From IMG/VR virus record IMGVR_UViG_3300028048_000043: 64,000 nucleotides of DNA, one strand, 5' to 3'. The notes below the pieces were generated by a model, which saw only the letters and a program-made list of their open reading frames with translations, was not told the origin of the DNA and did not search any database. Source of the stretch: a virus (taxonomy: Duplodnaviria; Heunggongvirae; Uroviricota; Caudoviricetes). Positions within the stretch are counted from its first letter, which is position 1. Each line of letters starts with the position of its first letter. The position numbers and the translations under genes were made by a program. Positions 30,721 to 39,049 of the stretch are shown piece by piece.

Positions 30721-30949
30721 CGCAAAGGGCGACGAGTATTTCCTTCTTGATACTTTTTTCGTTTGTTGCATATCTCCAACTTACTGTATTCCATTCAAAC
30801 CAGATTTCGTTTCCGCGTGCATACATCCTTTGAGCCTGCATACCAAACCTCGTGTTTATTCGCTCAACTGGATCAAACCCTTTCAAAGACATAGGAAACT
30901 TGTGCAGCTCAGCGATAAGAGCGTCGTACAGTTCTTTTTTGGTTTTCAT
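30695..30949 (-). CDS. hypothetical protein, 84 aa
   Basis: Promoter near 30975. Confidence 0.75.
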   Translation of the reverse strand: MKTKKELYDALIAELHKFPMSLKGFDPVERINTRFGMQAQRMYARGNEIWFEWNTVSWRYATNEKSIKKEILVALCDVAKIPLS

Positions 30950-31252
30950 ATTTATTATTCGTACAATTACCTTGCAAATATACAGAAAAATAAAATATCT
31001 TCAAAGCAAATTGAAAAAATAAACCTCACTTAATTCAAAAAAAATTCCAGTAAATAATCCTGACATTTTTTCATAAACAAACTGACATTTTGTCAGGTGC
31101 GTTTTTTAATAATTGCGGCGCAATTATTTTTTATACCCGAACGGGTACCATTTTACCGAGAGTAATCAATTTTAGACCTGATCGGGTATAAAAAATGAAA
31201 GGGAAATCCTTCACAGGGGTTCCCTTTCGCAGAAACATAAAACAAAATACCA

Positions 31253-31936
31253 CTACGGGTTTTTTCTAAATCTTATTTTGATTCCTTCCGGTGGAAGGAT
31301 TTTCAAACCAACGAAGTCCTTGAAGCTTTTCTCGAACTCAGAGAATGTTTTGTTGAAACCGCTCCTGTTGAACAGACTATTTGTTTTCATCTTCGCATAT
31401 TCCTCTACGGTGAGAAACTTGTCGCCTGGTCTGCCAAGAGATTTATTTTCCTTATTGAACACTTCTTTCGTGTTGCCGAAATCGTATTCACAGTAAGCAT
31501 CTTCGTATCCGAGGAACAGAGCGTATGACACTCTCACGTCCGTTCCGTAGAACAGCCCTCGTTTTTCCTCAACGTAGATTACGATTCCTCCGTTGCTGTT
31601 GAAAAGAAGGCGGTCGTTTATTTTCTGGACACCGGCCGGCGTATAATAGTCTTTCAACGCTGGAATGAACTTTCCTGTGGATCGCGGTTCATCGTTTCCG
31701 TCGTAGCCAGTTTCCTTGCTGTATTCAAACGTGTTGGTGCGTTTCAGGTTTTCGAGGTGGTCGAGCTTGAATGTAGTCGCGTTAAGCTGACGCGATGCGG
31801 CAAAGACCTGTATGCACATATCCATTAAGGACATGAAGGGTTGTTTTCCGATACCCCAACGATCTTCGTAAATTCTTACTTTTACTTTTCCGTCCATGTC
31901 CCTTGCGACAAGTATGACGTTTCCTCTCTGTGCCAT
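31253..31936 (-). CDS. hypothetical protein, 227 aa
   Basis: Downstream of the CAT-anticodon tRNA on the same strand; terminator near 31192-31227. Confidence 0.8.
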   Translation of the reverse strand: MAQRGNVILVARDMDGKVKVRIYEDRWGIGKQPFMSLMDMCIQVFAASRQLNATTFKLDHLENLKRTNTFEYSKETGYDGNDEPRSTGKFIPALKDYYTPAGVQKINDRLLFNSNGGIVIYVEEKRGLFYGTDVRVSYALFLGYEDAYCEYDFGNTKEVFNKENKSLGRPGDKFLTVEEYAKMKTNSLFNRSGFNKTFSEFEKSFKDFVGLKILPPEGIKIRFRKNP

Positions 31937-31964
31937 AATGAAATTTCGTTTTTTATTGTTTCTT

Positions 31965-32044
31965 TGGTGGTCCCGGCAGGGCTTGAACCTGCGACCCACA
32001 GATTATGAGTCTGTCGCTCTGACCAACAACTGAGCTACGGGACC
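31965..32044 (-). tRNA. tRNA-Ile2/Met (anticodon CAT), CCA encoded
   Basis: GGTCCCGTAGCTCAGTTGTTGGTCAGAGCGACAGACTCATAATCTGTGGGTCGCAGGTTCAAGCCCTGCCGGGACCACCA; resembles ileX-type tRNA-Ile(CAU); enlarged D-loop. Confidence 0.85.
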
Positions 32045-32089
32045 GATTTTATTATTGCAAATATAGGAAATTTATTTTTATTTTCCAAA

Positions 32090-32362
32090 CTAAATTCCGC
32101 AAAGCTCGTAAAAAATCGTGCTTTCAAGTTCTTTCACACGCTTGTTGTATTTGCGATCTGTTGATTTGTGGAGTGGCTTGTACTGAATTAGCTCGTTCTC
32201 GACAATACCGTCAAACACGCATCTTGCGAACGTATTCCTATCTCCGAACTGATCGAAGTCCCACTCCCTTGAACTCAGGAGTTTGAGAGCCTTTTCCTTA
32301 GCGGACTTGTATGATTCGTCAAGCATCTGGTTGACGATTTCAAGGGTTTCTTCTTTTGTCAT
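32090..32362 (-). CDS. hypothetical protein, 90 aa
   Basis: Promoter near 32392. Confidence 0.8.
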   Translation of the reverse strand: MTKEETLEIVNQMLDESYKSAKEKALKLLSSREWDFDQFGDRNTFARCVFDGIVENELIQYKPLHKSTDRKYNKRVKELESTIFYELCGI

Positions 32363-32423
32363 AGTTGTATTTGGTTTTTGTTTCTGTATTGCAAAGATAG
32401 GGAAAAGAAATCAGATTTCCAAA

Positions 32424-32879
32424 TCAATTTTGATTTCTTTTGTAATAGTGCATAGAAGAATAGTTGTCTTCCTGCGTGTCCTCGTCAATCCTTTCCTCAA
32501 CCTTTTGCCAGCCGATTATGGACATAAGGTAGTCGCAGCACATGTGGTCGTGCTTCCAGTCACCGCGACAGATATGGATTTCAAGTTTGTCGTCTTCCTC
32601 GAACCCTCCGTGAAGAACGCTGTCAACGAAGATTCCGTTTTCATAAAGGTACTTGTCTATCTCTGCGGATTCAGTGCCAATAGGCGTAATCTTGTGGAAA
32701 ACGTCTTTGTTCTTCACGAATACACAATCCGTGCTGCGGACTTCATAAAGTTCTCGCCCGTCAACAAGGATGTAATGATTGCAGTAATAATTGTTTTCCC
32801 TTGTCGGCTCGATTACGTCTGTAATCTTATAGAACTTTCCGGCATAATAAACCTGCCTTCCGACAATTTCCTTTTTCAT
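32424..32879 (-). CDS. hypothetical protein, 151 aa
   Basis: Promoter near 32897. Confidence 0.8.
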   Translation of the reverse strand: MKKEIVGRQVYYAGKFYKITDVIEPTRENNYYCNHYILVDGRELYEVRSTDCVFVKNKDVFHKITPIGTESAEIDKYLYENGIFVDSVLHGGFEEDDKLEIHICRGDWKHDHMCCDYLMSIIGWQKVEERIDEDTQEDNYSSMHYYKRNQN

Positions 32880-32934
32880 ACCTTTCTTTGTTTTTGCAAA
32901 TATAGAAAAAAGAATTGAGGTTTCCAAAGAAACC

Positions 32935-33144
32935 TCAATCAAACTTTTCAATTTTTTCACAGTATGCACAGTTCCGGCAACAAACGAAAGGGTATCCGCA
33001 CAGACCGTTCATGTCGTGCATACAAGGCAACCAAGAATTGTCACCGAACTCATCAACGTCAGGGTTCTCAGGACAGGTGCAACGGCGACCTTCCATTTCA
33101 TCTTCGGTTCTATCATAACCGATGTAAGCGTCGTAAAATGCCAT
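32935..33144 (-). CDS. small Cys-rich protein, 69 aa
   Basis: CTC...C...CG...CCRNCAYC. Confidence 0.7.
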   Translation of the reverse strand: MAFYDAYIGYDRTEDEMEGRRCTCPENPDVDEFGDNSWLPCMHDMNGLCGYPFVCCRNCAYCEKIEKFD

Positions 33145-33154
33145 AGATATTCTG

Positions 33155-33457
33155 CTATAAAATGTTTGTTGAAAATACTGCACGATAGGTAGTACACTTG
33201 CGTCCCCTGAACTCAGTGTTTGTCTCTACAACGTAGATCGCGTCCTGAAACTCGAAGCCGGGAACGGTAGGACAATTTTGTGATCCTTCGAACTCGAACT
33301 GAGATTTCACACAGTCGCCCTCAATCATTTTCTGCGCGTCTGCGTTGCTGTCGGCATGAGCCTTCGCTTTGTCGTAGTCGTCATAAACATCTACGAGCGT
33401 CTGGACATGTCCTTCCTCGTTTACGTTTTGTGTTACAAAAAGATAAACCTTTTTCAT
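33155..33457 (-). CDS. hypothetical protein, 100 aa
   Basis: Promoter near 33482. Confidence 0.8.
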   Translation of the reverse strand: MKKVYLFVTQNVNEEGHVQTLVDVYDDYDKAKAHADSNADAQKMIEGDCVKSQFEFEGSQNCPTVPGFEFQDAIYVVETNTEFRGRKCTTYRAVFSTNIL

Positions 33458-33538
33458 AATGTTTGCCTTTGTTTCTCTGTGCAAATATAGGAAATAATTT
33501 TCACAGTTCCAAAAAATTATCCGATAATCGGTCAACAA

Positions 33539-33799
33539 TTACTCCTGTTCAAGTTCAGTTTCGCATACAAATCCGTAGGCGTTTGCTGAGCAATCGCTGT
33601 TCTCAACGATAAATCCGTTTTCCATTTCGTCGAGAACCGGCTCCCCAGAATACACTTCTTTGAACTTCAACAGGGATTCGGATTTCAGCTCGTCAAGTTT
33701 GTTTAATGCGCTTCTTTTATTCGTTGTTGTCTTATGAACCTCAACCCCGTCTGTTCCGTTAACGTCCCACACGGTTCGTATTACTGTATAAACTTTCAT
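33539..33799 (-). CDS. hypothetical protein, 86 aa
   Basis: In operon. Confidence 0.75.
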   Translation of the reverse strand: MKVYTVIRTVWDVNGTDGVEVHKTTTNKRSALNKLDELKSESLLKFKEVYSGEPVLDEMENGFIVENSDCSANAYGFVCETELEQE

Positions 33800-33808
33800 G
33801 GTAGTCGA

Positions 33809-33976
33809 TCATTTTTCAAACTCGATTATTTCGTCGAAGAACTCTTGAAGTTCATCGTCTGTCATATTATCTTTCGGAAGACTGTAATAGCAATCGTCGT
33901 CCCAAAGAAGTATGGCGCGGTCTTCTACGATTCTGAACTTTTCTCCGTTCGATGCTGTGATGATTCTTTCTTTCAT
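33809..33976 (-). CDS. hypothetical acidic protein, 55 aa
   Basis: Not in the ORF track; fills the operon gap. Confidence 0.65.
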   Translation of the reverse strand: MKERIITASNGEKFRIVEDRAILLWDDDCYYSLPKDNMTDDELQEFFDEIIEFEK

Positions 33977-33988
33977 GGCTTGTGAAAA

Positions 33989-34318
33989 TTAGTCTCCGAT
34001 TTCTTCAAGGATTTCGTCGAAAGCCCAGGACGACAACTGTTCCTTGCAGGCTGCGAGATATGTTGTAAGCAGTTGATCGAGGTACATCTTGCTCAGCCAG
34101 ATTAGCGGAATATGGATGAAATTTTCGCCGCTTTTTCCGACGAGCATGTGATCTGCCGTGATGTCATAAAGAGTGTAATCCTCAGAAAAGGTTTTCTTAT
34201 TGAAAGCTACAATCATACGGTTGTTTTTCAGACTTACCGTAGTCCCTCCGAAGGAGTTGATTTTAGAACGGATCGCTATGATTTTTTCGAGAGACCCAAA
34301 GTTCTTTGCTTGTTCCAT
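33989..34318 (-). CDS. hypothetical protein, 109 aa
   Basis: Promoter near 34346. Confidence 0.8.
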   Translation of the reverse strand: MEQAKNFGSLEKIIAIRSKINSFGGTTVSLKNNRMIVAFNKKTFSEDYTLYDITADHMLVGKSGENFIHIPLIWLSKMYLDQLLTTYLAACKEQLSSWAFDEILEEIGD

Positions 34319-34379
34319 AATGAATTTGTTTTTTGTTTCTGATACAAAGGTAGCGATAAAAATCGAAACTTCCAAATTT

Positions 34380-34889
34380 TTATGAAATTATTTTACCAAC
34401 TTTCGTGTATTCGTTTATCAGATGAAAAAGATTTGAATAGTCAAGGTCAGAAAGTTCCGTACCATATTTGTATGGAGATTCGTCCGGCATCTGTATAGAC
34501 TCCTTATTTCTGCAACGGAAACGACACTCACTGCCTTCGCAGAAAAGCGAAGAACAATACTGAAATTCCGGAGCGTTGTCGAAATCGTGATAAAACAGCT
34601 TCGGGTCAGTCTCTCCGTTTTTCACTTCAAGGTATCCCTTAGTTTTATAGAATAGTATCCCTACGCTTCCAGCGTTAAAGATACGTACTTTTTTGCTGTT
34701 CCTTCCTGAACGGACTGGTCTGTTTACATATACGGCGATCCCAGGAATTGTCATAGCGTTTTTATATGTAACGCTGATAACATCCGGAAACGCCTTCTTT
34801 GCGAGAGACAGGACATGCTTTTTGATGTTCTTTATTTCTTCCTCAGTGAAAGGAACATACTCTGTTGTGACGTGATTCGGATATTTCAT
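34380..34889 (-). CDS. hypothetical protein, 169 aa
   Basis: Promoter near 34915. Confidence 0.85.
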   Translation of the reverse strand: MKYPNHVTTEYVPFTEEEIKNIKKHVLSLAKKAFPDVISVTYKNAMTIPGIAVYVNRPVRSGRNSKKVRIFNAGSVGILFYKTKGYLEVKNGETDPKLFYHDFDNAPEFQYCSSLFCEGSECRFRCRNKESIQMPDESPYKYGTELSDLDYSNLFHLINEYTKVGKIIS

Positions 34890-34994
34890 AATCTTTTGTT
34901 TTCTGTTTCCGATGCAAAGATAGGAAAAATAATTTTAACTTCCAAAAAATAAAGAAACAAAATGATAAAAAATATGTAACTAATTGATAATCAA

Positions 34995-35035
34995 CCTGAG
35001 CTATCATATAATAGAATATTATATGATAGCTCAGG
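34995..35035. repeat. perfect 19-bp-arm inverted repeat with a 3-bp spacer
   Basis: CCTGAGCTATCATATAATA-GAA-TATTATATGATAGCTCAGG. Confidence 0.9.
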
Positions 35036-35177
35036 CGTGAGTGATCTGGTAATGATGCAGAAAAAATAATTGCGCCGCAATTATTTTGAACACACGTTCA
35101 TCCCAACTCTGCGGTTAAAAATAAATTTGGAAATTGAAAAATTTATCCCTATCTTTACATTGATAATGTGTATAGAT

Positions 35178-35369
35178 AAAGTATCATATATTATAGTTTA
35201 AGTGTCAAAACGGCACTTAAAGTATCATATATTATAGTTTACGCTCAAACAAAAACTTCAATATAGTGAAGTAAATCTAACGAAAAAGTTTATTATATTA
35301 TACTTTTTGTTAAAACGAACATTGAAATCGGTAGTGATTCTAAGAAAAGTCTATTATATTGTACTTTTG
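35178..35369. repeat. iteron-like repeats: AAAGTATCATATATTATAGTTTA x2 plus two degenerate copies
   Basis: Exact copies at 35178-35200 and 35219-35241; variants near 35284 and 35345. Confidence 0.75.
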
Positions 35370-35433
35370 ATTAAGATTTGGAAATATCAAAATAAATCAG
35401 TATATTTGCATCTGAATTATAAATGTTATTTGA

Positions 35434-35946
35434 ATGGACAGATTAGAATTTGTTGAAACTCAGAAACTGTACGATAAGCAAATAGAGACACTGAAAGAAA
35501 ATTTCGCTATGATGTGTAACGCATACATCGCCGAACACAGTCCGTTTGAAGCGTCGTGGAAAAGCCCTGTATTGTGTGAAGTTACATATCAATATGTCAA
35601 TGATCCTTACGACAAGGAGAATCCTTCCGGAACAGTAAGTGGTCTTGTGTATGTGGTTGGTTTTGAGCTTGCTGACTTCTATGGGGAACAAGCTCACGGG
35701 TACATTATACCTAAAATGGTAAGAATATCTGAAAGCACCGGATACGTTAAGGAAGGTGTTCACTTCCGCGTAAGCACTGATTTCTCGACAGTCAAGGTTA
35801 TTCCAATGAATGAACTTAAAGACGAGAAAGAAGATGAACCTAAACCGCAGGATGATCACATACCTGGGCTGACTGCTGCTACGGTTGACGACGCAAATTC
35901 GATCACATCCGCAGAAGCCTCAGAAACCCACCCAATTTTAACTTAA
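35434..35946 (+). CDS. hypothetical protein, 170 aa, paralog of 36728-37126
   Basis: Promoter 35401; PVLCEVTY...VYVVGF versus PILCRVEY...VYVSGY. Confidence 0.85.
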   Translation: MDRLEFVETQKLYDKQIETLKENFAMMCNAYIAEHSPFEASWKSPVLCEVTYQYVNDPYDKENPSGTVSGLVYVVGFELADFYGEQAHGYIIPKMVRISESTGYVKEGVHFRVSTDFSTVKVIPMNELKDEKEDEPKPQDDHIPGLTAATVDDANSITSAEASETHPILT

Positions 35947-36002
35947 AAATAAAAGATGATATTTTCCTTAAATAATTTTCAAAAGTTTCTTAAAAATAAA
36001 AT

Positions 36003-36191
36003 ATGGAAAAATATCAGAAAATAAAACATCATATAGTTTCGATTTTGACAATTATTTTTTTGTGGAGTATTTGTGGCGTGATGTGGTATGATGTTTATGC
36101 GTCAGGGTTTATGACGGTTGGAATAATCTTGTTGATGATTCTATTCACCGCACTTATACTGATTTTTTCGTTGGATTTAATAATCAGATGA
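36003..36191 (+). CDS. small 2-TM membrane protein, 62 aa
   Basis: Two hydrophobic segments. Confidence 0.7.
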   Translation: MEKYQKIKHHIVSILTIIFLWSICGVMWYDVYASGFMTVGIILLMILFTALILIFSLDLIIR

Positions 36192-36194
36192 TAT

Positions 36195-36461
36195 ATGAAT
36201 AGAAAAATCTTAGATACGATTCAACAGGTTGCGTTAACTTTGCTTACTGTTTTCGGATCGGCGTTGCTGTTGCTGAGCGCAATCAGTATCCTGTCGATGT
36301 TCGACGAAATGATTAAAATTTTTTTGAAAGGCGGCACCATTCTTTCAGTGGCGTTCGGAATAGTTTTCGTATCTTTTATTGGAATCATTAGTATCGTGAT
36401 GTTATTCGGAAGCGTTTATTGTTTCATCATGGGACTAAAAGAAATTTGGAGAAAATGTTAA
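36195..36461 (+). CDS. small 2-TM membrane protein, 88 aa
   Basis: Two hydrophobic segments. Confidence 0.75.
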   Translation: MNRKILDTIQQVALTLLTVFGSALLLLSAISILSMFDEMIKIFLKGGTILSVAFGIVFVSFIGIISIVMLFGSVYCFIMGLKEIWRKC

Positions 36462-36463
36462 AT

Positions 36464-36724
36464 ATGAAAAACTTAACAAAAGTCAACAAAGTTTTTCTGT
36501 TGTTCAGGATCGTAATCAGCGTAGTGTCTATCGCGTTTATAGATTTGCTGACTTTCGTCTTGATGGTCGCAACTTTCAACAGCATATCTGTTCCAGAAAT
36601 GAAGACGTGCGCAGTTGTAATACTCGCTCCTATTATTCTCGTTGGTCTGTTCACTCTGACTGATGATTGTATTCGTGGTATAAAAGAAAAATTGAAAGAA
36701 ACCAAAGAAATAAATCAAAAATAA
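36464..36724 (+). CDS. small 2-TM membrane protein, 86 aa
   Basis: Two hydrophobic segments. Confidence 0.75.
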   Translation: MKNLTKVNKVFLLFRIVISVVSIAFIDLLTFVLMVATFNSISVPEMKTCAVVILAPIILVGLFTLTDDCIRGIKEKLKETKEINQK

Positions 36725-36727
36725 TTT

Positions 36728-37126
36728 ATGAAAAATTCAAAGAAACTTCTCGAAATAAAAGAGAAAACAAATCTCGTAAAAAAATTACAAAAAGAAATCG
36801 ATGATCTTCGTAATGAATTTTGCGAAAAATTTATCGAAGAAGTCGGATTTCCTGTTGTAGAAAACGGCAATCCAATTCTTTGCAGAGTTGAATACGAAGT
36901 AAAGAGATATGGCGGCATCCCGAACGAAAGGAAAGTAATTGATAAGGTCTATGTTTCCGGGTATTCGTTTAGAAAGGATCCAACATCGTTTCTTTCTACA
37001 TTTTATGATGTTCCATTTCCTATTCTTATGAAGGTTAAAAAGGATGGAACGTGTTCACTTATGAAAGAGTATCTTGAGTGGTCTTTCATTCCGGAATCCA
37101 TTGAAATCTATCCAATTCAAAAATAA
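36728..37126 (+). CDS. hypothetical protein, 132 aa
   Basis: In operon; paralog of 35434-35946. Confidence 0.8.
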   Translation: MKNSKKLLEIKEKTNLVKKLQKEIDDLRNEFCEKFIEEVGFPVVENGNPILCRVEYEVKRYGGIPNERKVIDKVYVSGYSFRKDPTSFLSTFYDVPFPILMKVKKDGTCSLMKEYLEWSFIPESIEIYPIQK

Positions 37127-37136
37127 ACACAGGAGT

Positions 37137-37385
37137 ATGGTTACGTATGCAAATTTCTTAACTGACGGTAGAGTTGAGTACAGAGACGAAAGCGGAATTC
37201 ATGTTTTTACGTCAAAGGAAGAATTCGAAAACTACAAAAAAGAGAAGTATAGCAAGTATCCAGTTCTTTGTGAAACGTGTGAATACACCTGTGCTAAAGA
37301 CTGTCCTATGGATAGAGGAAACAAAAACGGTATGTTTGGAAAAGCTATTGGTTGTACATACTACAACAAACGAGAACAAGATTAA
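37137..37385 (+). CDS. hypothetical protein with Cys cluster, 82 aa
   Basis: CETCEYTC...C...C. Confidence 0.75.
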   Translation: MVTYANFLTDGRVEYRDESGIHVFTSKEEFENYKKEKYSKYPVLCETCEYTCAKDCPMDRGNKNGMFGKAIGCTYYNKREQD

Positions 37386-37402
37386 CTTCTTTGTACACTG
37401 TA

Positions 37403-37440
37403 AAAAATAAATCCCTGGCTAATAACCAGGGATTTATTTT
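37403..37440. terminator. bidirectional terminator between convergent operons
   Basis: AAAAAATAAATCCCTGG-ctaataa-CCAGGGATTTATTTT. Confidence 0.85.
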
Positions 37441-37491
37441 ACAACATTTTTGTCAATATTTTCAAAAAAGTGACAGAATTTATATACTTTT

Positions 37492-37734
37492 TTACTCAGA
37501 GTTGAATATCAGATTAAATAGGAACAACAGCAAGCCACACACAAGTACGAGTCCTCCGACAACAGCAAACGTGATTGCTATCAGAACTAGCATCACCATA
37601 GCGAGAGCAACTACGACCGGCCAGAATATACCGATTAAAACCATAGTAAGACTATCAAATGCTACCCCGTATATAATTCCTGTCAGAGCGATTCCTGCAT
37701 ATAATGATATGAGAATTATTTCAAAAATAGACAT
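37492..37734 (-). CDS. membrane protein, 80 aa
   Basis: Hydrophobic throughout. Confidence 0.7.
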   Translation of the reverse strand: MSIFEIILISLYAGIALTGIIYGVAFDSLTMVLIGIFWPVVVALAMVMLVLIAITFAVVGGLVLVCGLLLFLFNLIFNSE

Positions 37735-37754
37735 AATTTTTTCTCAAAAATTTT

Positions 37755-38138
37755 TTAAGAATTTTCTTTAAAATAAGTTAAGGAATTTCCGTAAAAATCC
37801 TTTGCAAAATCTTCTATCTTTTTTACATCAGGATTTGAGATGAAATCATAATGACTTAGCATAAGATCAAACCTTCCAGTTTCGAATGGTTCTCCGCACA
37901 ACTGAATCACACCTGATATAGCCCAATCCTTATCTTCTTTTGTCTGTGGAGGAAGGTTCCAAAACAGAAAGAATATCTGATATTGAAGGTTTCCTTTAAA
38001 GTCATAGAACGCTTTGTAATAATCAAACTCCTCGCTGTTCTTACCGATGTTGAATTTTGTGCTAACAGTTTTACGATATCCGTGTTCAGACTGATATTCC
38101 TCTATCGATGTTATATCTTGTCGTGTCTTGTCGAACAT
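37755..38138 (-). CDS. hypothetical protein, 127 aa
   Basis: In operon. Confidence 0.75.
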   Translation of the reverse strand: MFDKTRQDITSIEEYQSEHGYRKTVSTKFNIGKNSEEFDYYKAFYDFKGNLQYQIFFLFWNLPPQTKEDKDWAISGVIQLCGEPFETGRFDLMLSHYDFISNPDVKKIEDFAKDFYGNSLTYFKENS

Positions 38139-38413
38139 TACTTTGGACTTTCTGGTTTTGGCTCTGCTGCACCTCCATCAACAAGATTATAAGGATCCGC
38201 ATTCGCCGAAGGATCTCCACCAAGCATCTGTTCGAAATCCTTGTTGTACTCAATAAGGAACTTGTCATGAAACGCTCCAAGAGCGTTTATGAGCTGAATT
38301 TTCTCTATATCCTTCAAGTCATCGAACAGGATCTGTTTCTCTCCGCGAAGGATGATAAGCGCGGCATCTTTTCCCTCAAACTGAATGCCAATCTGAATAT
38401 CTCTATTTTTCAT
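38138..38413 (-). CDS. hypothetical protein, 91 aa
   Basis: In operon. Confidence 0.75.
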   Translation of the reverse strand: MKNRDIQIGIQFEGKDAALIILRGEKQILFDDLKDIEKIQLINALGAFHDKFLIEYNKDFEQMLGGDPSANADPYNLVDGGAAEPKPESPK

Positions 38414-38427
38414 ATCTTTAACTTTGT

Positions 38428-38700
38428 TTATTCTTTATCTACATTGCATTCCTCACAATCAGGATCATCGATTACGGATATTCCTTTTGGTGTCGAGAAC
38501 ATAATGTAATCGTGCCCGTCGTAGTTGAATCTTTCTATTGAAATTGTTTTTCCAGATGGAAGATTGTACTCTACATTATATGTATTCGCAGTTTTATGAT
38601 CCACTGTTACAGCCAGATATATACCAAATGCAAACAATGCCATAGTAAGCACAAGCGTAAACAACGATATCTTTTGGAAAGCATCTAGATTTTTACACAT
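38428..38700 (-). CDS. membrane-anchored protein, 90 aa
   Basis: N-terminal TM segment. Confidence 0.7.
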   Translation of the reverse strand: MCKNLDAFQKISLFTLVLTMALFAFGIYLAVTVDHKTANTYNVEYNLPSGKTISIERFNYDGHDYIMFSTPKGISVIDDPDCEECNVDKE

Positions 38701-39049
38701 CTTTATGTTCATCGATTCCTTCAAATAGATTTTTCTTCAACTCTTCAAGTGTTCCGAAAAGTTCCCAGTCTGATTTACCCGTAACTATTCTAACCTCAGG
38801 AAGAGAATATTCGTCATAGAAATCCCCGTGAAGGGTCACATCATATTTAATATATGGAGTAAAGGGGCTGTATGACCATTTCAAATGAATCTCGGATACG
38901 CATCCAGAATATACTTTGTTGTTGTGGATTAGCCACACGTCGTCCCCAGGAACAAATTTTGGAGATCCCATTCCCTTGTAGAATGCCTCCGCAAGAGTTG
39001 GGTTGTCAGAGTAAGCAATTTCCCAGGGTTTTTTATTTTTATTATTCAT
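38693..39049 (-). CDS. hypothetical protein, 118 aa (KFxPGDxVW...FxTLEEL family)
   Basis: Shares motif with 41071 and 44886. Confidence 0.8.
   Translation of the reverse strand: MNNKNKKPWEIAYSDNPTLAEAFYKGMGSPKFVPGDDVWLIHNNKVYSGCVSEIHLKWSYSPFTPYIKYDVTLHGDFYDEYSLPEVRIVTGKSDWELFGTLEELKKNLFEGIDEHKDV

Larger units (their letters stand above)
2226..35084. repeat. dispersed array of 47 palindromic sites ATAATTGC-NNN-GCAATTAT (often extended by A/T tracts to 23-25 bp)
   Basis: Starts at 2226,2359,2500,2613,3110,3234,3349,3478,4061,4174,4309,4422,4722,4851,5007,5154,5280,5389,5503,6231,6679,7149,7260,8078,8879,8960,10189,11036,11750,12112,12643,13374,14527,14599,15288,16008,16965,18106,19357,20225,21300,22762,24014,25072,27517,31109,35066. 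44 have perfect 8-bp arms; 4851, 5154 and 20225 have one mismatch. None seen before 2226 or after 35084. Confidence 0.97.
2729..35408 (+). promoter_or_regulatory. plus-strand Bacteroidota sigma-ABfr-type promoters (-7 box TAnnTTTG, upstream TTTGGAA)
   Basis: -7 boxes at 2729,3599,4544,5606,11129,12215,12758,13587,15431,16116,17079,18273,19474,20329,21432,21853,22878,23464,24132,25189,35401; nearly all lie 20-60 bp before an ATG (4544 precedes the candidate small RNA). Confidence 0.85.

Noticed and set aside
1928-34993. GTAA-N4-TTGAT-N2-T-N-A motif at 1928, 4931 and 34976 as boundary sites of the array
   Set aside because: Only three degenerate AT-rich copies; cannot be distinguished from chance without a background model.
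34995-35035. dif site or protelomerase telRL
   Set aside because: It lacks the XerD arm TTATGTTAAA. It has a 3-bp spacer unlike a continuous telRL palindrome, and no protelomerase is seen.
2226-35084. Integron attC sites or Rho-independent terminators
   Set aside because: No RYYYAAC/GTTRRRY cores or extrahelical bases, and no IntI. Separate true terminators sit next to the palindromes.
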